A stretch of 64,000 nt of DNA from positions 34,596,301 through 34,660,300 of the forward strand of contig JASCQW010000098.1 of assembly GCA_030264375.1 (NCBI GenBank), in the 5' to 3' direction. How positions within the stretch are numbered: position 1 is the first letter of the stretch; every line of letters starts with the position of its first letter. This DNA comes from Carcharhinus longimanus (taxonomy: Eukaryota). Under the pieces are notes generated by a model that was not told the DNA's origin, searched no databases, and saw only the letters and a program-made list of their open reading frames with translations. Position numbers and translations under genes: made by a program. Below, one piece after another: positions 11,589-25,261 of the stretch.

Positions 11589-12787
11589 TAATATGGGGAT
11601 GCATCCTTGCCTCTGAGTCACTAGATCAGGGTTTGTGTGTCACTCCAGTATCTGATGGCCAAAGAGGGTGAGTTTATAATGTGGTCAAACGGGTTGTGTA
11701 TCAACCTGCAAAATCCTTCCAAATGGCAGGCAGAAAGAATGGGTAAATCTCCTGGTCGGCTGTGCTTGCTATGGCGTGGCACCCAGTCAAGTTTTAAACC
11801 TCTGGTGATAGGCTAGCAAACTGTTCCAGGAAAATAATTACTCTGGGATCAGATGAAGGTCTGCCTTGTGCATCACTAGGTACTCAGTGCAAGAAGTAAA
11901 ACAACACAAATTACTTTACACACAAGTGGAATTTAATGTCTATCAGCCCTCCCACAAATTCTGGCCCTAAAGTGAGTAATTAATGCCCATATAAGGGCCT
12001 CATAGGATCCCATCCCACTGTGGGTGGTACTCTTCCAGTAGTGGACAAAAAATTTACCATGCAGAAAACCTGAACAGTAACTCCTGTCAGGGTTGCTATT
12101 TGGGTGTTCTCTTGTCTTAAGATAATCAGTGCATGAACAAAGGACCTGATATCAGAAAATGGGGGCTGGCTGGGAGACACTCCTACCTTTGCTACTGACC
12201 TCCCTCTCACCCCATCCCACCTATTCCATTTCTCTTCCGTAACCCTGGCCCTCGGGTGAGTGTATTACTCGTAACAGATACCCTGTGCCCGTTGGTGCTA
12301 CTGAGCATTGCAGAGCTCCTAGCCTCTGAATGGCTGGCAGCTCTTGGGGTTACAGGGTGGTATTTTCTGCACATGGGAGGCCCAGTGTTGCCCAATTTAG
12401 CACTTTGCTCAGCAAACCATTCCAAAATTGGTGACGCAGGACTTGTGCAAGCTGTGTAGCTAAAGGTTGAGATCCCTATTGCCTAAACTTCCATCCATAG
12501 AACTGAACTTATCAGATCTGCTTGCATGTCTCACAAGTCAGGGGTTGACCGAAAATAACTTTTAACAGTATTATGTTGGTGCTTTTGTTCTGATCTTTCT
12601 AACTAATATTGGCACAGCCTTTATGGAAATATTTAATAGGCTCTTTTTTGTGTTAGGGAAAGGAGTGGCAAAAGCAAGGCCTCTATTCCAGTACTATAAT
12701 GTCACTTGCATTGATGAAGCATTTCAACACAGTTTGATTCTATTGTTCTATGTAATAGGAACAACTATAGAAATTGACAGTACAGTT

Positions 12788-13105
12788 AGGGCAGCATAGT
12801 GGCACAGTGGTTAGCACTGCTGCCTCACAGCACCAGGGACATGAGTTCAATTCCTGGTTTGGGTCACTGTCTGTGCGGAGTCTGCATATTCTCCCTGTGT
12901 CTGGGTTTCCTCTGGGTGCTCTGGTTTCCTCCCACAGTCCAAAGACGTACAGGTTAGGTTGATTGGCCTTGCTAAATTGCCCTTTTAGTGTCAGGGGAAT
13001 TAATACGTTAAATAAATATGGTTATGGGGATAGGACTTGGGTGGGACTGTGGTCAGTGCAGGCTTGATGGGCTGAATGACCTACTTCTGCACAGCAGAAT
13101 TGTAT
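12788..13105 (+). mobile_element. HE1-like V-SINE
   Basis: gggcagcatagtggcacagtggttagcactgctgcctcacag head and full body. Confidence 0.9.
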
Positions 13106-15662
13106 GAGGAAGAGACCATTTTCCCCAACGTGCCTCTGTCAGCTCCTTACTAGAGCAACCTCCTCTCTCCGATCTTCTCACTTCTCCAACATTCATATCA
13201 TGCTACAATGGCCTTCACCTCAACATCCCCTGTGGCAAAGCATTATTCCATATTCTAACAACTCGCTATATAAAGAATTTTTTTCCTAAATTTTGTCCTG
13301 ACACATATGATTAAAGTTTTGTCTGACACTCCTTCATTGAAACTTTCTGCCTTAAAGGTTGATGGCAGATTTTCAGAACATGAATTTTAGTATTCATAAA
13401 TTTTACAATTAATTGTTCAGATTTTTGTGGTTCAGCCTAATCTAGGGAGTTAGGAATTTTCTTGACCCTGTAATCCCATCTCCACCCAAGAGGAGCTTTC
13501 CCACTCACCAACCCTATTTCTGTACCAGAAAAGTGGGCAAGGACTGGTCTGCCAACTCTGGAGAAAGGCCAGAGGCAGAAACAGGCTCAGAGTTAAAGGG
13601 TGAGGACTGTACTAAAACAGCCCAGTGTCAAGGCCTATCTCCATAGATGGGAACAATGTTGGCTTGAAACAATACAGAAAAAAAGCAGGTCAGTTTTATG
13701 GCTCCCTCACCCCTATCTCCCTTCAACCACCCCCCTCCCCTGCCAATCCCACCTTCAACACCCTATACTCTTCTAACCCCCTATCTTTGCTTTCATCTAA
13801 CCTGGCAATGTGTTGTTAAGTTTTGCATTCAAAACCCTGCCAGCTGACAATGAAACAGTTACACCACTGATTGCAGCATTTCCTGATGATCCTGAATGCA
13901 TAAAACACTCTTCCCGCCTTCAGGTTGCAGTTCACAATCTCCACCATCAAGGGTAAGCCTTCCTGATCATGTCTGCCCCTATGAAAATCATGGGGGATTT
14001 GAATTGGCATTCTTTAAAATTATGTCAACAGACGGCTGCCGGCCACAATCTGTCCCACTACCTGTGCTGGTGTAAATAGCAATGGACTTCCATGTCCAGG
14101 GTCTGGCTGCCATTGTTTCTAAACCTTGCCTCCATTTCAGTCCTGATTAAACTTTGAAATGATGGTCTAGCCGGCAATGCCTCCATCCAGATCCATGGTG
14201 TCAGAGCCAGTAGTAAAAGAGGCTTCCTGGTATGTATACAATCTGTGCCACAAATCGATAGTTTCATAGTTGGGGTATTTGTTTTTCCTTTTTCTTTGTT
14301 CTGAAATCCGCACTGTGAAAGTTGATGACATTTTCTCAGCAAGCAAATGATGTTCATGCAGGTGGTTATCACAATGAGGTTAACTCATTGCAATTCAGGT
14401 ATGCAGTAGCCTAGGGGATATTTAACTATTCGCGATAGTGGGAGATGTGTTTGCATTTTCTCCTCTGGCTTAGAGGGAGGAAAATATGTTGGACTTATCT
14501 AAGTGTTGCTCTTCTTCATCACTTATTATGATCTATGGATTAACATCTCTATTTTGTATTTACACTATAATGTTAGGTCAACCTGAGAATGTTATATTTT
14601 TTGTCACTGCAAGTATTTATGATCCAATTTCTTTTACCGGGGGAGGGCGGGGGGCAAGTCAGAAGCTCTGTAATTTGATTGATGACCATGCCCCATTGGT
14701 TCAACATCCATCCATGTTTTTAATTGTTTGCAGAGTATTGGGTTCAGGACAGACAACAGTTGATGCAACAAATTTGAACATTTTGCCCAAGAATTGTTTA
14801 AAAAGCTTCCCTTGAAAACTATACAAAACAAAAAGATGGAATCTAGCACACCTTGCTTACACCAAAGCTGACAAAAAAATACAGTATGATTTCACAACAA
14901 GGATGGGGTACACATCCTGTTCAATTTTATCGAAGCACATCACAACTGAAGGAACAGACCTGGTAAACATTTAAACACGTCAAAACAATTTTACAAAATA
15001 GCCTGAGTAAGGCCAAACAAATTCTACACTTTTATTTTTCTTTAAGTAAACGCATAAATAACTTTTTAACAATTACTGTGAGGATTTTCAGCCTAGTGGG
15101 CACATTCTCTGGCAATGTTTGAATCCATAGTCCCCAGTCACACTGAAACTCAGCAAGAGAGGGGAGAAAAACTTATTTCCGAACAGTTGTAACACTTGAC
15201 GCCCACACTTTCTCTGCAAAGAAAAATACTCTCTGGTGATTTACACCCGCAGAAAAGTTTTTTGCATAAGAAATTATTTTGTAATTGGGAATCAGGGACT
15301 GTAATATCTTCATTAGCACCTTGCACAAAAGTAATTTATGTGAATCGACCAACTCCATTGCGAGGTGACAGCATGAGAATTATGTTGTAGGGAATGCTTG
15401 GTAAAAGATTGTGGTGGCTAATAAAGGTCTAGTCTGAGGAGAGCAAGACATGCGATACATGCAGGATGTGGCTGATTACTGTTGTCAGATCACTTTTTCT
15501 TTGAAGAGCAGAACCGTTCGCTGCGGCTGTCAAGCACCAGGTTTTTCATCTCCAAAATGGAGTCAAGTGCCATTTCTATTCCTGCTGTCAAAGGAACAGT
15601 TTCACTGCACAGCTACTCATCATTATCCACCATCTGTGCGACTGCTCCTCATAATTACTTAC

Positions 15663-15689
15663 ATACGGTGTGTTTGATCTGCTTTATTC
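15663..15689 (-). other. Candidate 27-nt microexon
   Basis: Minus strand: cttaattttattttctatttatcag|gaataaagcagatcaaacacaccgtat|gtaagt; frame-preserving; repeat-poor flanks. Confidence 0.3.
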
Positions 15690-16649
15690 CTGATAAATAG
15701 AAAATAAAATTAAGCCATCAAAGTCTATCAGTCACAAAAGAAATTGGAATTTTAGTGAGGTAATGATTTTTTTTCTTTGTGTATATCCTTTAAGAACTTA
15801 CCGAACATCTCATGTTGTTTACGTAAAGATATGTTTGATCGTGCTCATGTGAAAACTTGATAATGAATCAAAATGCTATTAAACATGGCACTTGTTTTTT
15901 ACATGTCAATTTTGAATAGAAGAGATCATTTTACCAAACTTTGTGAAGACTTTGTCAAAATGATATGGAAAAAACATATTAATAAACATGATTTCTTTAG
16001 CTTTTGAAAAAAAACACATTGCCTTGCTGAATCTTTAACCCTTTAACCAATGGCTTCAAGTGCTTAAGAGGAATTAACTTATCCTTCAGAAATATTGGCC
16101 TTGAAATTATGCTACGGGACAGTGGCATTCTGATTTTTTTGTGTGAAATTATTGTGTCTTTTTTATAGCTATTAACCCACTTATTTACCACCTTTGTTAA
16201 CATGATGGAGAAAAGAATTTTATTCAAATATTTGAATGTTCATATTCTACCATAAAATTTTAAGGTCATCATAAAGTGATTTTAAAAAAAGAGTGACCAT
16301 AAATCTCACTAAAATTGTATATAGTACATTAAAATTATCTCAAATCAAAATTCTCACACCTTGAAATGATGGAGTGAAGTGCTAACATTGCAGATATTAT
16401 GTTCTCTCACACTTAACATTGAGCAGCTCTCAAGTGTCCTGTCATGATTTCATTATAAATACACTCAGATATTAACAATTTACTGCAAGCTTCAGAACAA
16501 ACTGAACATTGAGATTTCTGTGCTCTGTGCAGTAAAAGCTTTTTTAAAACAGTGCTGAGAACCTCTCGTTTGTGACATCCAAAATTGAGGAAACCTCAAA
16601 GAAATCACACTAATTTATTTCTTAGCTTTTCCATTTAATTTGATGTTTA

Positions 16650-16766
16650 GGCTGGAATTTTGCAACCCTTCATGTNNNNNNNNNNNNNNNNNNNNNNNNN
16701 NNNNNNNNNNNNNNNNNNNNNNNNNNNNNNNNNNNNNNNNNNNNCCCCCCCCGCAAAATTCTGACC
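16650..16766. mobile_element. PIF/Harbinger-type MITE
   Basis: TIRs ggctggaattttgc / gcaaaattctgacc with tta on both sides; centre is a gap. Confidence 0.75.
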
Positions 16767-16868
16767 TTAGTTTTTATTCCTTTTAAGCTTTAGATTTGAT
16801 CAGAAATAAAAACAGAAAATGCTGGATAAACTCAGTAGGTCTGGCAGCTCTGTGGAGAAAGAGATTCT

Positions 16869-17660
16869 GGGCTGAATTCTCCCCCAAAAAACTTTAAGTG
16901 TTGAATTCACGGGAAAACTGGAGTAATTCATGTTGGTTTTTTCAATGGGAGTTCAGACTAGCATCTCCCACACTCAATGCAATGCAGAGGCCACCAGCGT
17001 GAATTAGATTTCAGGATAGGACCTATTCCCGCCTGGCAGGCTGAATCCAGCGAGCCTCTGCGCAAGTGATGATCCCCCCTCACCCCCTGCAGTGCAAACC
17101 CCTGGAGAGGCAGACCTTGCCTCCCCTCCCCCCAGCTCACCAGTCGCTGGCCTCCCTCCTGGCCCCACCAATCTCCATGCAGAGAGGCAGCAATAGCCTC
17201 CCACCTCTGGTGATTGCCCCCTAAGCCTTGCCATGTCCCTGTTGGCCTCACCCCTTGACACTGTCCCATGCCCAAAGGTGTCCCCTTGGGCAGTGCTGGG
17301 GGCACAGACTAGTACTGCCAGGGTGCCCATGTCCAGGGGTCAGCATCTTCCCACTGCCTGACTCCCTGGAGGCCCCCAATTGCTCTCCCTTTACTCTAAC
17401 GGGGTCATCCCAATAGTTCCTGGAAGTGGGGACTTACTGTAAATCTCCCTAGAGTGAACCATTCTGGCAGGGTGAGCGAGGCGAGCAGGCCCATAAAATT
17501 CAGTCCCGGGCCCACTAGTTACATTAAAAGCAAATTTAAGTTATATTAAAATCACTTACTTGGTTTCCTGTGGAGATCCAAAATCTGGCACTGGGAGATG
17601 CATGAATCCCACGCATGCCCTGCTGTGAAACTCTCCCACCCAGCCGGGAGAATTACCCCC
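16869..17660. mobile_element. Non-autonomous TIR element (Harbinger-like) inside a Penelope-derived short repeat
   Basis: TIRs gggctgaattctccc / gggagaattaccccc; host repeat 16803-16868 resumes at 17661-17703. Confidence 0.75.
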
Positions 17661-18089
17661 AGGGTTAATGTTTTTGGTCCATATGATTCTTCTTTAGAAC
17701 TCTAACCTTGATCAAATGGGTTTAAACATTCTTCCACTTCATTGTTCTGCTAAGAAAAATTAACTGGTATCTGTCATCCACTAGTACTTAAATCTAGCAA
17801 AACTTAACAGCACAGAGGAGGCCATTTGGTCTGTTGTGTCTCTAATGTCTTTTTGTTAGACCAATCCAAAATAAATCTCATTATCCTAATCTTTCTCCAT
17901 ATCTTTGTTTAAAAAATATATGTTTTTCTTTAAAACATCTAATTTCATCCCCATCAACTAATCCTGTTACCAATTTATTCATTTTCCAACAGCAATCCGC
18001 TGAACAATAAACAAATATTTTGTGTACCAAATACAATATTGATCATAATAGTATCAACTTTAGCTAACAGGGTACCTCTCTCATTTCTG

Positions 18090-19146
18090 TATTGAGGACA
18101 ATTCTGCATAGTTGAGCACATAGTCTTAGCTTACACTCCCGTGCTATACTGAGAGAGTACTGCAGTGCTGGAGGTGCTGCCTTTTATCTGGTATGTTAAC
18201 ATTTGAGGCTGTGGTTTTCCTCTCAAGTAAACGTAAAGCATTCCATGGCACAATGAATAAGAGCAGGAATGTGACCCTTCCAGTTTCCTACCAACATTTA
18301 AGAGAATTTTCATGGTAACTTCATTGCAATGTTAATGTAAACCTACTTGTGACACTAATAAATAAACTTTAAATTCCTCAACCAACAACTAAAATAAATC
18401 ACAGAATTGTTATGGTGCATACAGAGGCCACTTGTCCCAATGTGCTTGCATGAATGAACAATTCACTTAGTGCCATTCTCACACTTTCTCCCCATAACCC
18501 TTACTTTTCAGAGAATAGTCTCATTTCCTTTTGAATGCTTCAGTTGAACCTACCTCCACACTCTTGTCTCCTCTACTAACCACCACAAATCTGTGCCCTT
18601 CCATTACCAATCTCTTCCCAAATGGGAACCGCCTCTCCCCACCTATTCCATCCAGACCCCCTGTGATCCTGAACACCTCCATAAAACTTCCTTGAACCTT
18701 CTCCTTGCCGAGGAAAACACTCCCAAGCTTCTCCAATCCACCTTCACAACTGAAGTTCCTCTTTTTTGGAGCCACTCCTGTGAATTCCCTCTGCACCACA
18801 TCCAATACCCCTCAAATGTGTGGTGCCCAGATTTGGACACAAATCACCAGCTGAAGTACTAAATAAGTTCAACACAACCTCTCTGTTCTTATACTCCATG
18901 CCCCTATCAACAAGTCTCTGCACACTTCCCTAACTGTTCTCTCAACCTGTCCTGCCACCCCCAACAATTTATATAAATAAACACCCAGGTCTCTCTGCTC
19001 CTGCACCCACTTTCAATTTGTAATTATCTGATTAATTTGTTCCTGTTTGTGGACCTGGCTGTGTCCAAGTTGGCTGTCATTACAACAGTGGCTATTTCAA
19101 ATGAATTGATTAATTACAAAGTGCTATATAAGTGCAGGCTATTCTT
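18090..19146 (+). mobile_element. DeuSINE (SacSINE1-like) interrupted by a CR1 fragment
   Basis: ttgagcacatagtc...tactgagagagtactgcagtgctggaggtgc core; tail ttacaacagtg...gctatataagtgcag at 19020-19146. Confidence 0.7.
18400..19015 (-). mobile_element. CR1 LINE 3' fragment, G-enriched on the sense strand
   Basis: ORF 18521-18805 aligns to the CR1 C-terminus (VQREFT...MEVFRITGGLD...GHRF). Confidence 0.8.
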
Positions 19147-19390
19147 CAAAGTGACAGAAAATTAAATGTTTATGATTCAATACTCTCGGGTAGTTAAATC
19201 TGCCTACAGGTTTTGAGCATAGAGTCTCGATTATATGCATAATGATAATGCATAATGCAGTACTTGATAGAGTGCTGCGTTGTTAGCAGTGCTGACATTA
19301 ACTTGAGTGTCAGCTCAAAGAGACATACACTGTAACACTATTTGAGGGAAAATGGACGATATTCAATTGCTGTTAGGGTGAGGAATGGTA

Positions 19391-19976
19391 GGGGCGTAAT
19401 TTCAAAATAGCAGTCCCAGAATGCATTGCTGGATCCCAATGCTTCCAGGATAAACTCCAATTTTCAAGTGAGGTTGGGGAGGGGGTGGTGAAGGAAGTCA
19501 GGGCCCATTTGCCCCCAGTTAGTGGCCTTTTATGTTCCTTGTGGAGCTTGTTAACACAAGCTAGGGGACACGAAAGCAGAATATTCTACTTTACCTGAGA
19601 AGTGACAAATCCAGACTGCTGCTTATTAAAATACAGTGATCAGGCTCAATGTGGGGAGAAATGAGATTCTTTTTCTATAAAGTGGAAAATATTAACATTT
19701 GGGGACACTTGAGTCAGATTGGCCACTTTTGTGCTCATTGAGACTGCCAATCCTCTGCAGTGCTGCCTGCTCTTCAGCAAGACAGTGGCAGGTCCATCAT
19801 TGTTACCAATTGCTTCTGCTTCTTCTTCATGGAAACTAACTGTGCTCTCCTCTAGCCAAATTAGGGCACTTACGTTTCACAATAGTTTACTGCGGGTTAT
19901 ACATGAAGCACGGGATAGAGACTGGGAAACCATCCAGTCATTAGGTTCCCAAACCCAATTTGAAAATCAAGCCCAA
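19391..19976. mobile_element. Degenerate MITE-like TIR element
   Basis: Ends ggggcgtaatttcaaa and tttgaaaatcaagccc are imperfect inverted repeats of the Harbinger-like family. Confidence 0.5.
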
Positions 19977-21497
19977 TGAGTTTTGCATTTCTGCATATGT
20001 CCAAAATTCCTCTTCAAATTCCTCTCCAAAAACAGACTAATTAGTTCTTCATTGCATTAATATTTATGAGATTCATAGGTTAGCTGTGGTATTCATGTGT
20101 ATAACAACAGTGCTTGCACTTCTGAAATAATTAACTTTGGGTTGGTGGAGGGTGCAATGTGTCCCTAAATAAGTGAAAGTTCATTCCTTAACTAAATATT
20201 CTCTCTGACTTTTTTTAAGATTACAAATTATTATTTAATGATGCTTGTCCATCCCAAACTACTGATGTGTTGCTTTTAATGAAACTTGATTTATTTTGTT
20301 GAAAGTTGGCAATGTAAGAACAATCAATGCAGAATTATTTTTAACAGAATTAAATTCCATTCACATTCTGCCACTTTCACTTTATCCAAATGGACCAACC
20401 GTAATTCAAGTCTTCCTAACATTATTGTCTAAGTATGAAAGAAGTTACCAGTGGATGTGATTTTCATTTTAAATGAACATGCCACAATAAGAATGGAAAT
20501 ATTTTAAATCCAGCTCTCAGATATAAACAACAATGGTCCAGAATGTATGATGAGAACAGAGGTGAGGCTATCAGTGCCTATTGCATTGCTAATTCTGGAT
20601 CATTGTCATTTATAGCCAACAGCTGCATTTAAAACAACTGAAAAAGTTTGTATTGGTGTATTCAGGATGAAATGAATTTTTAATGGTATGATAGATGATA
20701 TTTACTGGTGAACAATCTCTCTGACCTCCAAAAAAAACTGATTCTACATGTGTGGAAGTTCAGTCCCTCTGATGAAAATTACCGTTGGAGATGTAAAGTG
20801 TATGTATTTTTTAACTTTTTTATTGCTTTTATCTCTCCCAGTTAACCCCATCTGTCTTTTCCAATCTCTATTTTCCCTTAAAGGTGCATCATTCACTGCG
20901 CGTTATCTGTCCTTCTTTTGTACCCTGTGTGTCTCAATGGGGATTCTTTACTCTGTTTGAAAAGCCTCACTATTGAGTATCTTGCTTGCACATGTAGCGT
21001 GCTCTTGTAGTGGGATAGCACTAGGGAAAAAAAAACATTGGATTAGAGGAAATCTTTGCCGACAAGCTCCTGAAATGTCTGTAGGCAGCTGTCAGCAAGG
21101 TGAATGGTGAGTGTCACTCCTTCACCACTGACAGAAAAATCTGAGTCAATTCTTTTTGAAGCATTCTTTAATGTTATACAGAGACTGTAATCTTTAAGGA
21201 CACTCTGTCCCTGTTATCAATTGTGGATATTGATATGCTGACCAATATGGAAAAATTACTTGTATCCATCCTTGTCTTTGTTGAGTGGACTATTAACTTT
21301 TCAAATATTCGGGAATTTAGAAGATTAACATTTGCTTGGCTCAAATATTTGCCTGTATGTTTCCAAGTTAGGAGGTCGTGGGTTTGAGTCTTACTTGAGA
21401 GCTTGAGCAATTATCTCAGCGGGCATTCTTGCCCAGTCCTTAATAGTGCCACATTGTCAGAGGTGTTGCCCTCAGATGGGATGAACCTGAAAGCTTG

Positions 21498-24400
21498 CGT
21501 AATATGTTCGAAAGAGTGGCAACCATTGGGTAGAGGAACTAAAGAACTATTTATTAACAGGAATGACTGTATACAGAGAGTGAGAAAGATGCCACTGATT
21601 ACTTTGACTCTAGTCTCCAGACTGCCTGGACCCGGACGTACTTCAACCGATTGGCTGCATGGGTCAGAATACTATGTGAATCTTTCACCTTAAAGGTGTT
21701 CACTATTACAGCCCTCCCCCTCAGTTCCTTATTAACACATACCATCAAAATGAAAAAGCGTGGTTATATTTTAAATATAACACCATAAATTAATTCCTCA
21801 GCACAGTCCATTATAAAATCAGTCTTTTCTATCCCTCTGGGAGTGATGCAGCTCAACTGGAGGTGCCTCAACAGCAGGGGTAAATTTGGTTCGATTTTCA
21901 AAAATCGGCCTGCCACTTGAAAGATGCATCAGTGCAGCTCACATCTCCAGTTCCTGCTGGAACGCTAGTCAACCCTTCCTCAAGCTGACTTGTTTCCATA
22001 TGCTTTCAACTCCAACAACATCACTGTTGGGCATACTCGGAGTGGACTGCCCCACTGGTTCTCAATGCAACTCCATTCTTCTCAGTGATCTAGATGTTAC
22101 TTAATCTTTTTATCTTGAACTTCAACTTCATATGATACTGGGCCCATCCTGGCCATGACAACACCCAACTCTGATCAGTCCCTAAATAGTCAGCAAATTT
22201 TCCACTTTGAATGTTCTCCCAGGCTTTGTTGAATCATGATTTTCCTTGCACACACTCTGCTTTATCTCCACTGTCGCCACCAAATTTGGAAACACCAGGT
22301 CTAACTTGGTTCAAATACTCCTATCCCCCATCAATAACTCAGCAGGAGTAACTCTGATGGTCATGTGGGGCATTGTTCTACAGCCAGTAAGAAAATGTGC
22401 TAATTTGGTCTATAGGGATACTGGTGGTTGCTTTTTCATAGCTATATTCTTTGTGGCTGGTGCTTCTTTAGTGGCCCTAACTTTATCTCCCAAAAGTTGC
22501 AACAGGTTAGGTGCTCCTCTTCTGTGGCTCCTGTGATTAGCACATCTCCCCTCCTCCTAGACAGTCATTGCTGGCATCTCCCTCTCATTCCCCCATCCCT
22601 CAACATCAATGGCAACATCCAACACGTCCTCAAAACAGTCATCACTGACATCTCCCTCTTTCCCCAGCATCTCCCACTCACCTCAGTGTCAACCTGTCAG
22701 TGCCGGCCTGTGCCAGGTGCTATTCTCACCTTTGCACACTCAGGGAGGATCCCCTCGACAGGCTCACATCCTTTGTAAGCCTTGTCATTGTGACAGCACC
22801 TCAGCAAGGTACGAAAATTTAGTGAGACGGAAGGATAGGGGGTGGGGGGGTGATGGGGGGCGTTAAATATATTGAAATTTGTTAAAATTAGTGTAAATCA
22901 GTTGCCCATTATGAGCATGAACCTGACTGTGTCACTGAGTGGTGGCGAAAATCAGAAATTACAATCTTGCCAGTGAGAGTTGTGATTTACGGGTTTAGCT
23001 GGACCTTGAGCTCTCACCACTGGTCCCAAGTGTGGAGAGTATGACTTCAAAATTTCCACATATTTGTATGGTCTTATCTGTCTTAACCATTGGCACAATA
23101 GCTGTTGCCCATTCCATGAATGATATAGGCTTGATATTGCCGTATTCTTCTAAGCATGTAAGTCCGATCTCCACCTTCTCATGTAGCAAATAGGATATGG
23201 GTCTTGCTCTGTAGAATTTTGGCATAGCCTCTGAACGCATATAAATTTTGGCTTTCAAGCCTCATATTTTGCTTAGCTCTTCAAATACCTCCTATGTCTC
23301 CTGAAGATGTCATATATGTCCCCTTTATTAATTTTAAAAATTTCTAGCCAATTTAATCTTATTTCCTGAAGCCAGTCTCGTCCCATCAAGTTTGGGCCTT
23401 GGTTCTCAATTACAATTAAAGGCAGTTGAGCAGATTGCTGCCTGTAACATATTGTTACTTATTGTTATCTGTAGCTTGTTCCCCAAACTAGTATAACTTC
23501 CCCTGTATACATCGCCAGCCTGGTTGCAGTGCTTNNNNNNNNNNNNNNNNNNNNNNNNNNNNNNNNNNNNNNNNNNNNNNNNNNNNNNNNNNNNNNNNNN
23601 NNNNNNNNNNNNNNNNNNNNNNNNNNNNGACAACCTTTAACCATCAATACGATTGTGATAGAAGCTATTTTGCCCTCCTTAATATCATTCAACCTATATA
23701 CATCCAACCTTCTTCAGAATTACTCTCTATGCTGTGCACTGGACCTGGAATGTTTCTTTTCTAGCACCAGGCAGCACTTGTTTAGGGTGGCACAGTGGTT
23801 AGCACTGCAGCTTCACAGTGTCAGAGTCCCGTGCTCGATTCCTGTTTTGGGTCACTGTCTGTGTGAAGTTTACATGTTCTCCCCATGTCTGTGTGGGCTT
23901 CCTCCAGGTGCTCTGGTGTCCTCCCACATTCTGAAAGATGTGCTGATTAGGTGCATTGATCTAAATAGGCGCTGGACTGTGGTGGCTAGGGGAATTTCAC
24001 AGTGACTTCATTGCAGTGTTAATGTAAGCCTTACTTGTGACTAATAAATAAACTTTACTTTTACACTTGCTTCTTATTTGCCCCTTCCTGCCTCAGACTT
24101 AACACACAGCTTCCCTAAACCTACACTTCTCTGGGGGTGGTTTCCCCACACCAAAAGCATTCCTCATAGTTCCTGGTTTATAGACTGAATCGCGTATCCC
24201 TTTGCACTTTTCTGGATCTGTACTTCTTTGTTCATTAAATTCCGTGCCCACATCCCCGTTGCTACTGTCAACAGCAGTTTTGCTCCAAACTTGGTGGACC
24301 TTGGCAGCTTGCAGGTTTGAAATTCCATCGTGCCTTTTTCTGCACTTCCCATAGTAAGGATAATTTCTAATGCCTTCCTTAGGATTATTTCTGTTCTGCC

Positions 24401-25116
24401 AACAGTTTCTTCTGATGGTAATATCATTCACCGCACACACTAGCCTCAGCATCTCATTAAGGGTCAGACCCAAACCTCATCGTGAAAGCTACTGCTTGGC
24501 GCTTTTGCCATTGAATTAAATTTATATTTCTACAAAGTTGCTGAGAGCTTTGGGTGATAATGCTTTTTTACTATTTCTATAGGTTCTTTGAAGATTTTAG
24601 TGTCAGTGGTACCTGGGAAGTCAAGCTCCTTGGTTTGGGCACTGCAGCTGTTAAGAGAATTACTGTCTGTTTTTCCTTCCTCCCCCACCCCATTTCATTT
24701 GGTTGAGGAAGTATCGCAGACGTTCAATGTATTGAATCCAAACCTCCAAATTTGGGTTTCTGAATAGAGGCATTATGACAACTCACTGATTGCTGATTAG
24801 ACGTGCTCCAAACAACTTGTACGTGAGGTTTGCTCTGCCATTCTCTGTGGCAAATGGAAAATATTCCATTGAACCTCGTTGCCAAAGGTAATATCTTGGA
24901 AAGAGTGCTATCAAGTGGGGCAACTAAAAAAACTATTCATTAGCAGGGATAACTACTTATAGAGAGTGAGAAAGATTCTATTGATTACTTTAACTCCAGT
25001 CTCCAGACTGCTTGGGAGAACCAATGCTTAGCCCAAGATTTCATGTGCTTCGACCCAATTGGCTGAAGGGGCCACATGACCCTCCAAAACTTTGCCCCTT
25101 AAAGAGGCTCATTACA
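21498..25116 (-). mobile_element. Decayed Gypsy/Ty3 LTR retrotransposon with both LTRs (about 21498-21710 and 24887-25116)
   Basis: Homologous LTRs (gtaatat...ttaca); PBS tggcaacgagg at 24874-24884 (tRNA-Ser GCU type); PPT at 21711-21723; RT start PKFYRARPISY...EWATAIVPMVK...ICG; integrase C-terminus TPAELLMG; large internal deletion. Confidence 0.9.
23783..24062 (+). mobile_element. V-SINE with HE1-like head and a different 3' tail
   Basis: HE1-like head and core, then cattgcagtgttaatgtaagccttacttgtgactaataaataaacttt; cacttg occurs on both flanks. Confidence 0.85.
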
Positions 25117-25261
25117 CCAGCCTGTCTGCCTGTTCAGGTGAATGTTAAAAATCTCTGGGCTGAAATGGAAGGAGAACTATGCACTTATATGTTTTGACTG
25201 GACAACATCAGTCAAAATCAAATTATCTGGATATTAATTAATTTGTTGCTTGTGGTATCTT

